From the NCBI GenBank assembly GCA_044222185.1, contig JBGANV010000001.1:1-64000 (forward strand): a stretch of DNA of 64,000 bases, written 5' to 3'. Below the pieces are notes generated by a model. That model worked only from the letters and a program-made list of their open reading frames with translations. It had not been told where the DNA came from and did not search any database. Position numbers and translations under genes: made by a program. Origin of the DNA: Planctomycetota bacterium (GTDB lineage Bacteria; Planctomycetota; GCA-002687715; CAIWVZ01). Below are positions 19,107 to 28,947 of the stretch, one piece after another. Each line of letters starts with the position of its first letter. The stretch's first letter is position 1.

Positions 19107-22100
19107 CGTGGAATCTGACGCATCCGCCGGCGACGCCGAACGATCGTTCGGGCGTCGCGTTCATCCTCGTGCTGTCGATCCTCCTCGGGCTTCTGGTCCT
19201 CGCGGCGCCGTTCATCACGGTCGCTTTGAACGACAACGCCATCTCCGAGTCCGCCATCGCCGAAGCCCAGGCCGAAGCCGGGGCGCGCAGCATCGCCGAG
19301 TTCGCCGCCCACGCGCTCGAGCGCACCACCGAGGCGCGCGAGCGCGCCCGCGGCGGCGACCCCGATCAGGACATCTTCGCCACTCCGGAGTGGGACACGG
19401 AGCCCGAGGTCACGCTCAACCTGGATCTGACCGACAAGGCCGGCCGCCCGCTGCTCGGCCAGCAGAATCAGCCGCTGCTCTATCGCCGCAACGTCCGCGG
19501 CGAGATCTGGGACCTGAAAGTCCGCGACGAGCAGACCTGGCCGCACCTCTGGACGGCACCGCCGTTCCTCATCGCGGCATCCCTCGGACGCACGGTGACC
19601 ACCGGCGATCTCACGGATGCCGATGCCGTCATCTCCGTCGAAAGCGCGACCGGGTTCCCGGCCGAAAACGGCGCCATCTGGATCGACGGCGAGCGCATCA
19701 CCTACTCCAAGCGTGATGGCACCACGTTCACGGGCTGCTCGCGCGGGGTGTTGGGCGGTGGAAAGGCCCGCAAGCACAAGGCCGAGACGTTCGTGCTCGA
19801 CGATCGGTCGCGGGAGATCGCCATGGTGCCGTTCCGCTCGCCGCGAGCGAACGGCGGGTGGCGCGAGCCTCTGCACGCCACCGCCGCGAAAGAAGTCACG
19901 CTGTTCGGCGAAGGTGTGCTGACGCCCGTCGACGTCGATCGGCTCGGCCGCGAGTTCACGACGCGAAGTTGGAAGATCACTGCGGACCCGTTCGGACCCG
20001 GGCAGACGCTCGCCGGTCCCATCGACCCGACCGCCGACACGACGGACGGGTTCAAGATCCGCGTTCGTGGCAACGACGGGATCAACGCGGGCACGGTCGT
20101 CCGGATTTCGGACGGTGTGAACACGGAGTACGGCTTCGTGGTCAACAGCCAGCGGGGCGGTCCCGGATCCATCGCCACGATCACCCTGGCCGAGCCCACG
20201 AAGAATCCCTACGCCGAGGGCATTGCCGGCGTCGCGCCGCTGATCCGCCATCCGGTCAACGTGAACACGGCGTCGCGCGACACCCTGCGGCGAGTCCTCG
20301 AAGGGGTGCAGATCACCGGCGGGCGGCGCGACGCCGGCAAGACGTTCCGCGTGACGTCGCCCGCGGCCGAGCTCTTCGCCGATGGACTGATTTCGGCGCG
20401 GCCAATCAAGAACGTCGAGCAACTGCGAGACACGATCGTCGCGATCCAGCAGGGCAACGAACTCGTGATCGACGCGGGCCAGATGGCGGCCGTCTTCCGG
20501 AACGCCGTTGATGCGGGCGACTGGTCGCTCGGGCAATCGACGGTGCCGTTCTCGTTCAGCTCTCACGACTACTACCGGATCGAGACCGCTGCCGTCGTCA
20601 ACGACAAGAGCGGTCGTGAGCGTGCACGCCGGGAGATCACCGAGCTGACGCGGGTTGCCGCGAGCGGTCCGATCGTCATGCGCCTCGACACACAGGCCCA
20701 GTTCGAAGAGCAGATCTTCCGGGCACGGCAGGCGCGTTACACGACGACGTTCCCCAAGCCCGTCGAGCGTGTCGATCAGCAGTCGCCCAACCAGATTCCC
20801 GCGAGCCGCATCCCCCGGATGCTGGTGTTCGCGGGGCAGACCGACCGCAAGGGCGTGTTCGGCAGCGAGACCGAGGGTGACGTGCGCCTGTGGCCGGCGC
20901 GCGCGGCGGGCTTCAGCGGGTACATGGAGCACTTCGACGGCCAGGCCTACCAGACGCCGGACAACATCGACGTCGCGAAGATCGACCCGGAAGGCTGGCT
21001 CCTGGCGAATGGGCCGCACATCCTGCGGCTGCGTGATGGGGGACAGGCCGGCGGCGGGGGTGGCGGCGGTGGAGATCGCATGTTCGGAGGGCGCGGCCAG
21101 GGCGGTCGGCGTCGCGGCGGCGGTCGCGGTCGCGGCCAGAACCCCGGTGCGTTCCTCTCGCAGGCCGGTGCCAATCCGATCCGCGTCGACATGTGGGTGC
21201 GCCCCGAGGGCTCGGCCGCCGGTCGCATGGTCTTCTACGACCTCGTCGGCGCCGATCCGGATCAGCGCATCACGCTGTCGCGGGAGAACGATGGAACGAT
21301 CCGCGTGAAGATGCGCGACCGCACCATCGACAACCCGAACGACAACTTCGAAGAGGCGTGCGAGACCGTGTTCACACCTCCACCTGGTCTTTGGAAGGCG
21401 GACACCTGGTACAACGTCGGCTGCTCGTACCGCTCCTGCAAGCCTGAGGATCTGGCGATCTGGTGGGACGGCTTCAAGCGGGGTGAAGCGCGTTTCTCCA
21501 GCGTGCTCGCGTCGAACATGTCGAAGACCGACATGAGCTTCTCGGTCGAGCGCGCGGAGGATTGGCCGGTCAGTGGCGCATGCTGGATCGGCCGCGAGGT
21601 CGTCGAGTTCCAGCGCGCAGGCTCGTCGTTCACCGTGATCCAGTACCCGGGCACCAGCGGCGTCACCGGACGGGGCCGGCGCGGCACCTATCCCATCGAC
21701 CATGCAGCGGGCGAATTCGTCCAGCTGTTCGGCTACTCGACGCTCGCCGACACGGTGGACAACAAGGGCGGCATCGCGATCCCGCGCGGTGGAGCCAAGC
21801 TCGCGACCGACCTGGGCTCGTTCAACGTGGCGCAGTTCCAGGGCAACGACACGCAGGTGCTGAACAACTCGGGCCCCGGCGGCGGGCCCGGCGGCCCCGG
21901 CGGAATTGCTTTCGAGGTGCTCGATCCCGGCCGTCCGAACGGCGATCAGCTCCAGTTGACGGCGCTCGGCGGCAACGCGGATCTGTCCGGGTTCCAGACC
22001 GGTGGCGGCTACATCATCATCCTCTCCGTCCCGCCAGTCGGCGTTCCGACGGGCGTGACGCTGCCGGCGGCACACGCGGAGCTCGCGTACTACTCGAGTC

Positions 22101-24151
22101 GCAGCGGCAACACGCTCCTCGGCATCCAGCCGGTGCCGAACCCGGTGAATCCGGCGCTCGCGCAAGCCGCAGCCCTCGGCAACATCGCGTTCACGACGAC
22201 ACGGACGAAGCACTACATCCGCATCGCCGGCGGCGCCGCAACCTCGCCCCGGTTCTCCGCAGTCTTCCCCATCTCAGTCATCCTGACCGGGGCGAAGGGG
22301 TATCTCACGCCGCAGGCGGCGCAGGGCGGGTCCCAGTACAACACTCGCGCAGAGTTCCTGTCCCTGGGCACGCCCGACTACAGCAACATCTCGTCCCACA
22401 AGGTCGAGTGGATCCGCTACCACCACGTCGACGAATCGAAGAGCGCGTTCCTTTGTGATGAGGTGCCGCTCCTGTCGAGCACGGTGGAGTTGATCCGAGC
22501 CGTGCTTCTGGCGCAGGCCGCGCAGGGCGGCGGCACCCAGATCCCCAACGCCTCCGGACCGGGGATCGCCGTGAACGTCCTCCAGATGCGCGGTCAGGAG
22601 GGCACGGACATCTTCGGCTACACGACGCCCGGGTCGAGCAGCCTGCATACGACGAATGAGGATGTGACCCCGGTCTTCCACGTGGTGCAGCACCCCGGGA
22701 TCGGCTTCATCCCGCCCACGCAGCCGAATGGACAGCCAGTACCCGTACCCGGCGCACCCGCGCCAGGTTGGGGCGATAGTGTCACCATCGAATCCCCGGG
22801 TGGCGCGATCCGCAAGCGGTCGGACGTCACCTGGTCCAAGAACGGGCGCGTGTCCCTCGGCGAGAGCCTGAACAACGACTTCACGCAGCAGCGCCTGCCC
22901 GGCGAGGGCGTCGTCCAGGACCGGACCGATTACCTGCGGCTCCTGAAGTTCCCGAGCGGCGAGTTGCCCTTGATCGCAGCCGGCGCCAAGGGGCGCGCGG
23001 GCGGCGACGTGGAGGGCAGCGCCACGATGAACGGTCACGTCGATGAGGTGCGCGTCGCGCCGTTCCAGGCCGATCGCTTCATCGTCTGGGATCAGGGCGC
23101 CATGGGCCTGAGCTCCACGGGTACGGGCGGCTCGACGGCGACGGTCGTCTCCGGCATCGACGAGACGACGGACGAAATCCCCATCTGCAACTGTGAGTGG
23201 CTCGGCTCCCAGCCGCAGGCGCCTCCGCCCACGCCGCCCTTCGTCGTCCTGCCGGACGGTCGGCAGGTCTACTTCGATCAGGAACTCTCCGGCCTTCCGA
23301 ACAACGACGCGGGATTGATCCAGGTCGACGACGAGATCATCGCGTACCGGCAGATCGGCACGTCGAAGAAGGGCGGGCCGGCGTTGCTCCAGTGCCAGCG
23401 CGGGTTCATGGGAACGACGGCACAGAAACACGGGTTCGGCACGAACTGCGTCTTCCTCGACTTCGTGCCCGTGACGATGCTCAACAACGCGCTGCAAGGA
23501 AGCAGTCGCCAACTCGACGTCGCGTCGACGGCGAACTTCCCGACGAACGGTGGGCTTCTGCTCGTCGACAACGAGCTCATGCACTTCACCGAGATCCTCG
23601 GACCGAACACCCTCCGCATGCCCCCGATCCTCGATGAGAAGGGGGAGGAGAAGGGCGGCGTATTCCGCGGACGGTTCGGCACCACGGCGTCGGCTCACGA
23701 CAACCAGGCGATCGTCGTCGAGATCCCGTTCCGCTACTGGGACCGGTATGCCGAGAGCCAGGACAACCCGGAGCTGTCGTACTTTGGTTTCGCCGTCAAT
23801 GCTCCGGGCGCCTACTTCGACTCGTTCGGGTACGAGGAGAGACGCCCGTCGAACAACGTGCAGATCGTGGCCCTCGTGCGCACCGAGCCCGACGTGCCGT
23901 GGACGACGGACATGTCTCGCATGCCACCGGGCCTGATGCGATTCGAGGAAGGCATGCCGAACAAGCAGCCGCACGCGATCCACAAGCACGGCTCGTCGCT
24001 GGAGGCTCGGTTCTACTTCCGATTCCTCGGCAACAGCTTCGACCCCGTGAACCTGACGCAGCACGAGTGGAAGACGTCGCCCGAGCTCTTGTCGACCGAG
24101 GTCCGTTATTACGACGAGACTCAGGTCCTCATGCGGGAGACGAAGCGTTGA
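19103..24151 (+). CDS. Giant (1682 aa) GspK/PilX-like minor pilin with LamG-like domain and internal repeats
   Basis: RSG|VAFILVL (no Glu5, as in GspK/PilX); PVNVNTASRDTL; VDMWVRP...WYNVG; four degenerate ID-x-E...RG-x2-G-x4-6-H modules. Confidence 0.75.
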   Translation: MTWNLTHPPATPNDRSGVAFILVLSILLGLLVLAAPFITVALNDNAISESAIAEAQAEAGARSIAEFAAHALERTTEARERARGGDPDQDIFATPEWDTEPEVTLNLDLTDKAGRPLLGQQNQPLLYRRNVRGEIWDLKVRDEQTWPHLWTAPPFLIAASLGRTVTTGDLTDADAVISVESATGFPAENGAIWIDGERITYSKRDGTTFTGCSRGVLGGGKARKHKAETFVLDDRSREIAMVPFRSPRANGGWREPLHATAAKEVTLFGEGVLTPVDVDRLGREFTTRSWKITADPFGPGQTLAGPIDPTADTTDGFKIRVRGNDGINAGTVVRISDGVNTEYGFVVNSQRGGPGSIATITLAEPTKNPYAEGIAGVAPLIRHPVNVNTASRDTLRRVLEGVQITGGRRDAGKTFRVTSPAAELFADGLISARPIKNVEQLRDTIVAIQQGNELVIDAGQMAAVFRNAVDAGDWSLGQSTVPFSFSSHDYYRIETAAVVNDKSGRERARREITELTRVAASGPIVMRLDTQAQFEEQIFRARQARYTTTFPKPVERVDQQSPNQIPASRIPRMLVFAGQTDRKGVFGSETEGDVRLWPARAAGFSGYMEHFDGQAYQTPDNIDVAKIDPEGWLLANGPHILRLRDGGQAGGGGGGGGDRMFGGRGQGGRRRGGGRGRGQNPGAFLSQAGANPIRVDMWVRPEGSAAGRMVFYDLVGADPDQRITLSRENDGTIRVKMRDRTIDNPNDNFEEACETVFTPPPGLWKADTWYNVGCSYRSCKPEDLAIWWDGFKRGEARFSSVLASNMSKTDMSFSVERAEDWPVSGACWIGREVVEFQRAGSSFTVIQYPGTSGVTGRGRRGTYPIDHAAGEFVQLFGYSTLADTVDNKGGIAIPRGGAKLATDLGSFNVAQFQGNDTQVLNNSGPGGGPGGPGGIAFEVLDPGRPNGDQLQLTALGGNADLSGFQTGGGYIIILSVPPVGVPTGVTLPAAHAELAYYSSRSGNTLLGIQPVPNPVNPALAQAAALGNIAFTTTRTKHYIRIAGGAATSPRFSAVFPISVILTGAKGYLTPQAAQGGSQYNTRAEFLSLGTPDYSNISSHKVEWIRYHHVDESKSAFLCDEVPLLSSTVELIRAVLLAQAAQGGGTQIPNASGPGIAVNVLQMRGQEGTDIFGYTTPGSSSLHTTNEDVTPVFHVVQHPGIGFIPPTQPNGQPVPVPGAPAPGWGDSVTIESPGGAIRKRSDVTWSKNGRVSLGESLNNDFTQQRLPGEGVVQDRTDYLRLLKFPSGELPLIAAGAKGRAGGDVEGSATMNGHVDEVRVAPFQADRFIVWDQGAMGLSSTGTGGSTATVVSGIDETTDEIPICNCEWLGSQPQAPPPTPPFVVLPDGRQVYFDQELSGLPNNDAGLIQVDDEIIAYRQIGTSKKGGPALLQCQRGFMGTTAQKHGFGTNCVFLDFVPVTMLNNALQGSSRQLDVASTANFPTNGGLLLVDNELMHFTEILGPNTLRMPPILDEKGEEKGGVFRGRFGTTASAHDNQAIVVEIPFRYWDRYAESQDNPELSYFGFAVNAPGAYFDSFGYEERRPSNNVQIVALVRTEPDVPWTTDMSRMPPGLMRFEEGMPNKQPHAIHKHGSSLEARFYFRFLGNSFDPVNLTQHEWKTSPELLSTEVRYYDETQVLMRETKR

Positions 24152-25293
24152 AGCCCACGCCGTCGACATCCGCCCGCCATTCTCGATCGGGCATGACGCT
24201 CCTCGAACTCCTCGTGGCGATGATGTTGCTGTCCGCCATGAGCGGATTCCTCGTGCAGCTGATGAAGAACTCCTTCGACCTCTACGAGGTGGGGGAGAAA
24301 CGGGGCGAGCACGGAGTCAACGCGACGACGGTCTTGTCTGTCCTGGACGACGACCTGTCGAACGTGGAGCCCGGCGTCGATGGACGCTTCCTGCTCGAGC
24401 GCCGTCGCTTCGGTGACGGTGCGCTGGCGCCACACCTCTTCCTCCGCCTCATCCGCACGGCGCCCGGCGGGGAGGATCACCATCCGGTCCTCCGCCAGTC
24501 GGGGACGAAGGGCAAGGCCGCGGGCGTCTGGAACGGCGGGGATCCCGGACCCGGAAATCGCAACGAGATCTCGCCCGCCTCGGGACTCATCGAGGTCTGC
24601 TACGCCCTCGTACAGGAGGAAGCCGACGACCCGGGTGTCCTGACGCTCTATCGCGGCGTTCACGCCCCGATCATGGCTGGCGGCTCGTTCTTCGAGACGG
24701 AGAACGCGCCCGAGTACGACATCGCCTGGGTGCGAAAGACGCTGACGCCGCTCGTCACGGGGATCCTCCAGCTTGAGATCCTCTGCTGGGGCCCCGGCAC
24801 GGACGCGTGGGGTGAGCAGGACACGATCGGCGGGAGGCGCATCTCCGGAAGCTCGTTCGTCGTGTGGGACTCGACCCGCGGTCTCCTCGAAACGCAGGTG
24901 TTCCCGTTCGCCGTCGGCCCGGCGTCCGCGAGGGACACGCGCGACGACCTCTACCCGCGGCGGGTGCGTGTCGTCGTCACCGTGGGTCGACCTGGACGGC
25001 CGGACACGCGGCTTCGTTCGGAGCTCAAGCCCGGCGATCGCGAGATCGCGGTCCAGTCCGCCAAGCGGCTCCCGACGGAGGGCGAGGAAGATCGGTTCGT
25101 CATGATCGACGGCGAGTGGATGGAGATCCTCCGGCTCGATTCCGGCTCGGCGCAGGTCGCGCGCGAGCGGCGCGCGTCCGGCTCGCCGAAGAATCCGTCG
25201 CCTGCGGGCACGGGCGTCTACGTAGGCAAGCCGTTCCGGATGACGGTGGAGCTTCCTTTCTCGACGCCGAACTACGGAGGCCTGGGCCAATGA
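24148..25293 (+). CDS. Prepilin (GspJ/PilW-like)
   Basis: RSG|MTLLELLVAM; LDDDL; PRRVRVVVT; TTG start overlaps the upstream stop. Confidence 0.8.
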   Translation: MKPTPSTSARHSRSGMTLLELLVAMMLLSAMSGFLVQLMKNSFDLYEVGEKRGEHGVNATTVLSVLDDDLSNVEPGVDGRFLLERRRFGDGALAPHLFLRLIRTAPGGEDHHPVLRQSGTKGKAAGVWNGGDPGPGNRNEISPASGLIEVCYALVQEEADDPGVLTLYRGVHAPIMAGGSFFETENAPEYDIAWVRKTLTPLVTGILQLEILCWGPGTDAWGEQDTIGGRRISGSSFVVWDSTRGLLETQVFPFAVGPASARDTRDDLYPRRVRVVVTVGRPGRPDTRLRSELKPGDREIAVQSAKRLPTEGEEDRFVMIDGEWMEILRLDSGSAQVARERRASGSPKNPSPAGTGVYVGKPFRMTVELPFSTPNYGGLGQ

Positions 25294-25745
25294 CCTCCAC
25301 ACGTCGGAGCACGGACGGGTTCACGCTGGTCGAGATCCTCGTCGCGATGATGCTGCTCGTCATCGGGATGACGGGGATCATTTCTCTCTTCACCACGGCT
25401 CTCGACCTCGAGGCGCGCGCCGCCGAGCGCACCGACATCGGGCTCGCGCTCCCGGACGTCGTCAGCGCCATCAAGCGCGACGTGGCCAACCGGGCAAAAT
25501 CTCCCAACTTCAGCCTGAAACCCGGCAAGGGGACGGATGGCGAGTTCATCCTCGACAACCTGCCCCGCTACCGTTGCCGCTACAACCTGGAGCAGATCCC
25601 TGGCGACGTCGACGGCCGGGGTTACTTCGCGGAAGTCTCCATCGTGGTGCCGGCGCCGGGCGGCGAGCGCTCGTACGATTTCGGTTACCTTCCCATCATC
25701 TTGCCGTCTCCCAACGAAGCCTTGATTCGTGGGGCGCGCAAGTAG
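25290..25745 (+). CDS. Prepilin (GspI/PilV-like)
   Basis: DG|FTLVEILVAMMLLVIG; ATGA overlap. Confidence 0.85.
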   Translation: MTSTRRSTDGFTLVEILVAMMLLVIGMTGIISLFTTALDLEARAAERTDIGLALPDVVSAIKRDVANRAKSPNFSLKPGKGTDGEFILDNLPRYRCRYNLEQIPGDVDGRGYFAEVSIVVPAPGGERSYDFGYLPIILPSPNEALIRGARK

Positions 25746-25761
25746 AGACGGAGCATCTGGC

Positions 25762-27198
25762 ATGCGCCTATTGCTGACAGCGTTCGTGGTCCTCTTCTCC
25801 GCGGCGACGTGCTTCTCAATCGACATCGTCCTGGTGGATGGCCGCTATCTGCACGTGAAGGTCCTCGACCATTCCGCCAGCGGAGTGAAGGTGAAGCTCC
25901 TCGACACCGAAGGCGAGATCTTCATTCCCTGGGGCGTCATCGCCGAGCCGTACAAGACCGAGCTGCGCCGGGGCCTCGGCTATGAAGAGAACGAGGCCGA
26001 CAAGCTCATCCTCGAGCCGGGCGTGCGGATCACGACGAAGCAGGAGGACGTCTACGAGGGCCGCATCGAGGCCGAGAACGACGAGGAGATCACCCTCAAG
26101 CACGAGGGCAAGAAGGTCGTTCTCAAGAAGGCCATGGTGAAGGAGGTCGAGAAGACCCAGGTCCCCGTGACGTCGATCTACACCTCTCAGGAATACCTCG
26201 AGAAGTACATCGCCGAGAAGAAGCCGGCCGACGACAGCCCCTCCGACCAGCTCGATCTTGCGGGTGTCGCCGAGAAACTCGACCTCTACGATCAGGCGAC
26301 CGCAGCGCTGAACAAGGTCAAGGCCATCGACCCCGAGTTCCAGGCGACCCTCATCAAGAACCGCCTCGACCGCCTCGATCTGCTCTCGAAGAACAAGGCG
26401 TTCCGCGACTCGCTCACGGAGGCCAACAAGCTGGCGAATGCGACCCTCTTCACGAAGGCACGCGAGGTCATCGCCAGGCTCGAGGAAGACAAGGCCATGC
26501 CGGAGGCCCTGAAGGCCGAGCTCTCGGTCATCAAGGAACGGGTGGAGAAGAAGCGGTGGGACCACTTCCGCCGGTTGGTCGCCGCCGACTACGAGGGCAC
26601 GCTCCGCAACAAGATCGGCGCCATGGCGCGCGACCCGAAGGTGACGCTGGACGACGCGCGTCGGAAACTCCGCGCCGACCTCCACAAGGAAGTCGTCGCC
26701 GAGATCGCGGCGCGGCATGGGCTCGACCCCAAGGGTGAGGTCGAGAAGATGTGGAGCGAGCGCGGTTGGAATTCGCCGCGGCGCGCGAGCTACGGCTCGG
26801 GTTCGTTCATCGTGCTGGGGAAGGCGCCGGAGGCCGCGCAGCTCGAGGCGCAGATCAACAAGCAGATGCAGGACTTCCTCCGCCAGCAGCAGCGGCAGAA
26901 CGGCGGGAAGCAGAGCGGCGGGAGCGTTTCCGCGCAGCCTGACCGCCTTCCCAAGCCGCCCACGAAGGAAGAGTGGTGGACGAAGGTGTCCGACTCGACC
27001 ATGCGCGCGTCCTGGATGCTGGCGTTCTGGGCGGAGAACGCCAAGAAGGTCGAACTCATCGGGGAGTACAACGACGATTGCGAGCGCTGCGGATCGAAGG
27101 GGTGGCTCGAGTTCAGCGGGAGCCAGGGCGACAACCTCCGCGTGACGTGCCCGAGCTGCCAGGGCCACAAGCGCTACAAGGGCGTCGCGTTCAAGTGA
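25762..27198 (+). CDS. Secreted hypothetical protein with C-terminal CxxC-CxxC zinc finger
   Basis: Signal peptide MRLLLTAFVVLFSAATCFS; CERCGSKG...CPSCQGHK; ORF frame has typical codon usage. Confidence 0.75.
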   Translation: MRLLLTAFVVLFSAATCFSIDIVLVDGRYLHVKVLDHSASGVKVKLLDTEGEIFIPWGVIAEPYKTELRRGLGYEENEADKLILEPGVRITTKQEDVYEGRIEAENDEEITLKHEGKKVVLKKAMVKEVEKTQVPVTSIYTSQEYLEKYIAEKKPADDSPSDQLDLAGVAEKLDLYDQATAALNKVKAIDPEFQATLIKNRLDRLDLLSKNKAFRDSLTEANKLANATLFTKAREVIARLEEDKAMPEALKAELSVIKERVEKKRWDHFRRLVAADYEGTLRNKIGAMARDPKVTLDDARRKLRADLHKEVVAEIAARHGLDPKGEVEKMWSERGWNSPRRASYGSGSFIVLGKAPEAAQLEAQINKQMQDFLRQQQRQNGGKQSGGSVSAQPDRLPKPPTKEEWWTKVSDSTMRASWMLAFWAENAKKVELIGEYNDDCERCGSKGWLEFSGSQGDNLRVTCPSCQGHKRYKGVAFK

Positions 27199-28169
27199 TG
27201 CGCCCGGCGCGGTGGCGGATTCTCGGCCTGTCCGGGGTCCTGCTCTGCGCCTGCGCGCAGAACGCCACGAATCACGTCCCGCCGCCAGCGCAGCAGCAGA
27301 GCGGCGCATCGGCTGCCGCGGTCGAAAGGCTCGGGGCGCCGCCGCCGACACCGCCGCCGGACGTCAGCGGTGACGTCTTCGCGAAGGTGGGGGATCGAGA
27401 GATCCGCGGCGACGAACTCGCTCACGAGTTCTTTCGCTCCTTCCGCCGAGAGGCGTTCTCAGCGCTGAACCAGCTCGTCGTTCGTGACGTCATCGACCGC
27501 GAGTCCAAGCGGCTCGGACTCGATCTGCCGGCGGATTTCGCCGCGACCGAACGGCAGCGGATCGCGAACGATCTGAAGACGCAAGCGGTCACGGCCTACG
27601 GGTCTGGGACGTCGCCCGAGCGGTTCGTCGAGCTCGAATACAAACAGCGCTTCGACGACTGGATTCGCGCGCGCGTCGCGGCCGCTCGAGAAAAATGGAC
27701 GATCGCGCGGATCATCCGCTACCACGCGCTCCTGACTGAACGCCTCGAGCTCCAGCTCCTGACGGTGAGCGACGAGCGGCTCGCCCGCGAACTGGCTCAG
27801 AAACTCGACCAGGGCGCGGACCTCGGCACGCTCGCGATGAAGCACTCGACCCACCAGAGCGCCGAGCAGGGGGGGCGCCTCCCGCCCTTGCCGCTGGACG
27901 CGCTCCATCCCAAGGTGGCCGAGCGCGTCACGGCACTGCAGCCCGGACAGCGGACCGGAATCCTCCAGGTCGCCGACGAGGCGGGCCGCTCCCAGTTCGA
28001 GATCGTGCGGCTGATCCAGCGGCTTCCCGGCCAGGACGTCTCCTGGACCGCGGCGGCGCCGCAGATCGAGCAAGGTCTCGAGCGGGCGCCGGTCACGAGC
28101 GACGAGTACGTCGCGTGGCAGTACCGTCTCTTCAAGCTTTACAACGTCTGGTTCGACGATAGCCTTTAG
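27198..28169 (+). CDS. Parvulin/PpiC-type peptidyl-prolyl isomerase lipoprotein
   Basis: Lipobox-like LLCAC; GADLGTLAMKHS..SAEQGGRL...LQPGQ. Confidence 0.7.
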   Translation: MRPARWRILGLSGVLLCACAQNATNHVPPPAQQQSGASAAAVERLGAPPPTPPPDVSGDVFAKVGDREIRGDELAHEFFRSFRREAFSALNQLVVRDVIDRESKRLGLDLPADFAATERQRIANDLKTQAVTAYGSGTSPERFVELEYKQRFDDWIRARVAAAREKWTIARIIRYHALLTERLELQLLTVSDERLARELAQKLDQGADLGTLAMKHSTHQSAEQGGRLPPLPLDALHPKVAERVTALQPGQRTGILQVADEAGRSQFEIVRLIQRLPGQDVSWTAAAPQIEQGLERAPVTSDEYVAWQYRLFKLYNVWFDDSL

Positions 28170-28215
28170 GCACTCTTGGCCCGGATCGGGCTTCGAGCGG
28201 GGAGCCTGCCCTTCG

Positions 28216-28797
28216 ATGATCGCACCGGGAACGGATGACCTCAGCGGACTGTCGCGTGCCGAGCAACTCGTCTCGGTGCTGGAAGCCGTACTCTTCGCCT
28301 CGCCGGAGCCGCTCTCGCTCGTGAACCTGCGGCGGATCCTTGGTGACGACGTTCCGATCACGACTCTCATCGAGTCACTCGAGATCCTGACCCAGCGCAC
28401 GGGCGGGGCTGACCGTGGAATCGTGCTCGCGCAGGTCGCTGGAGGGTGGCAGTTCCTGACCCGTGAGGTCCATTTCGGGGCCGTGTCCAAGGTCGCCAAG
28501 GCCCGGGCCGAGGAGAAGGTCACGCCGGCGACGATCGAGACGCTGGCGATCATCGCCTACAAGCAGCCTGTGACCCGCGCCGAGGTCGACGCGATCCGCG
28601 GCGCCCAGTCGGGAAACCACATCCGGACCCTGATCGAGCGCAGCTTCGTCCGAACCACGGGGCGTGCCACGATTCCCGGGGCGCCGTTCACTTACGGCAC
28701 GACCAAGCACTTTCTGAAACACTTCGGGCTGCGAAGCCTGGCCGATCTCCCTGGAATGGACGATCTGAAGCGTCTGGCCCAGGAACAGCTGGCCTGA
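28216..28797 (+). CDS. scpB: SMC-Scp complex subunit ScpB
   Basis: LEAVLFASPEPL, VAGGWQF, ETLAIIAYKQPVTRAEVDAIRG, YGTTKHFLKHFGL. Confidence 0.95.
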   Translation: MIAPGTDDLSGLSRAEQLVSVLEAVLFASPEPLSLVNLRRILGDDVPITTLIESLEILTQRTGGADRGIVLAQVAGGWQFLTREVHFGAVSKVAKARAEEKVTPATIETLAIIAYKQPVTRAEVDAIRGAQSGNHIRTLIERSFVRTTGRATIPGAPFTYGTTKHFLKHFGLRSLADLPGMDDLKRLAQEQLA

Positions 28798-28832
28798 TGC
28801 GAGGCGTGCGCTAACTCCCCGGCCGCCGCGGG

Positions 28833-28861
28833 TTTGATTGGCCGAAACGCACGCCTATAAT
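28833..28861 (+). promoter_or_regulatory. Putative sigma70 promoter
   Basis: TTGATT-N16-TATAAT (perfect -10) upstream of the GAGGAG RBS of the 28948 gene. Confidence 0.6.
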
Positions 28862-28947
28862 CCCGCCCTTCGCTTCCACCGGACGGGGCCGCCTCGGGCG
28901 CGCCACCCGGGGCCGGCGTTGTCGTGCCGGTCATTTGAGGAGACGAC

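Noticed and set aside
18827-22213. Long antisense ORFs (1128 aa here; also 28855-31539, 47969-50305, 58135-60471 and others)
   Set aside because: These are shadow frames of well-supported opposite-strand genes in high-GC DNA and have no motifs.
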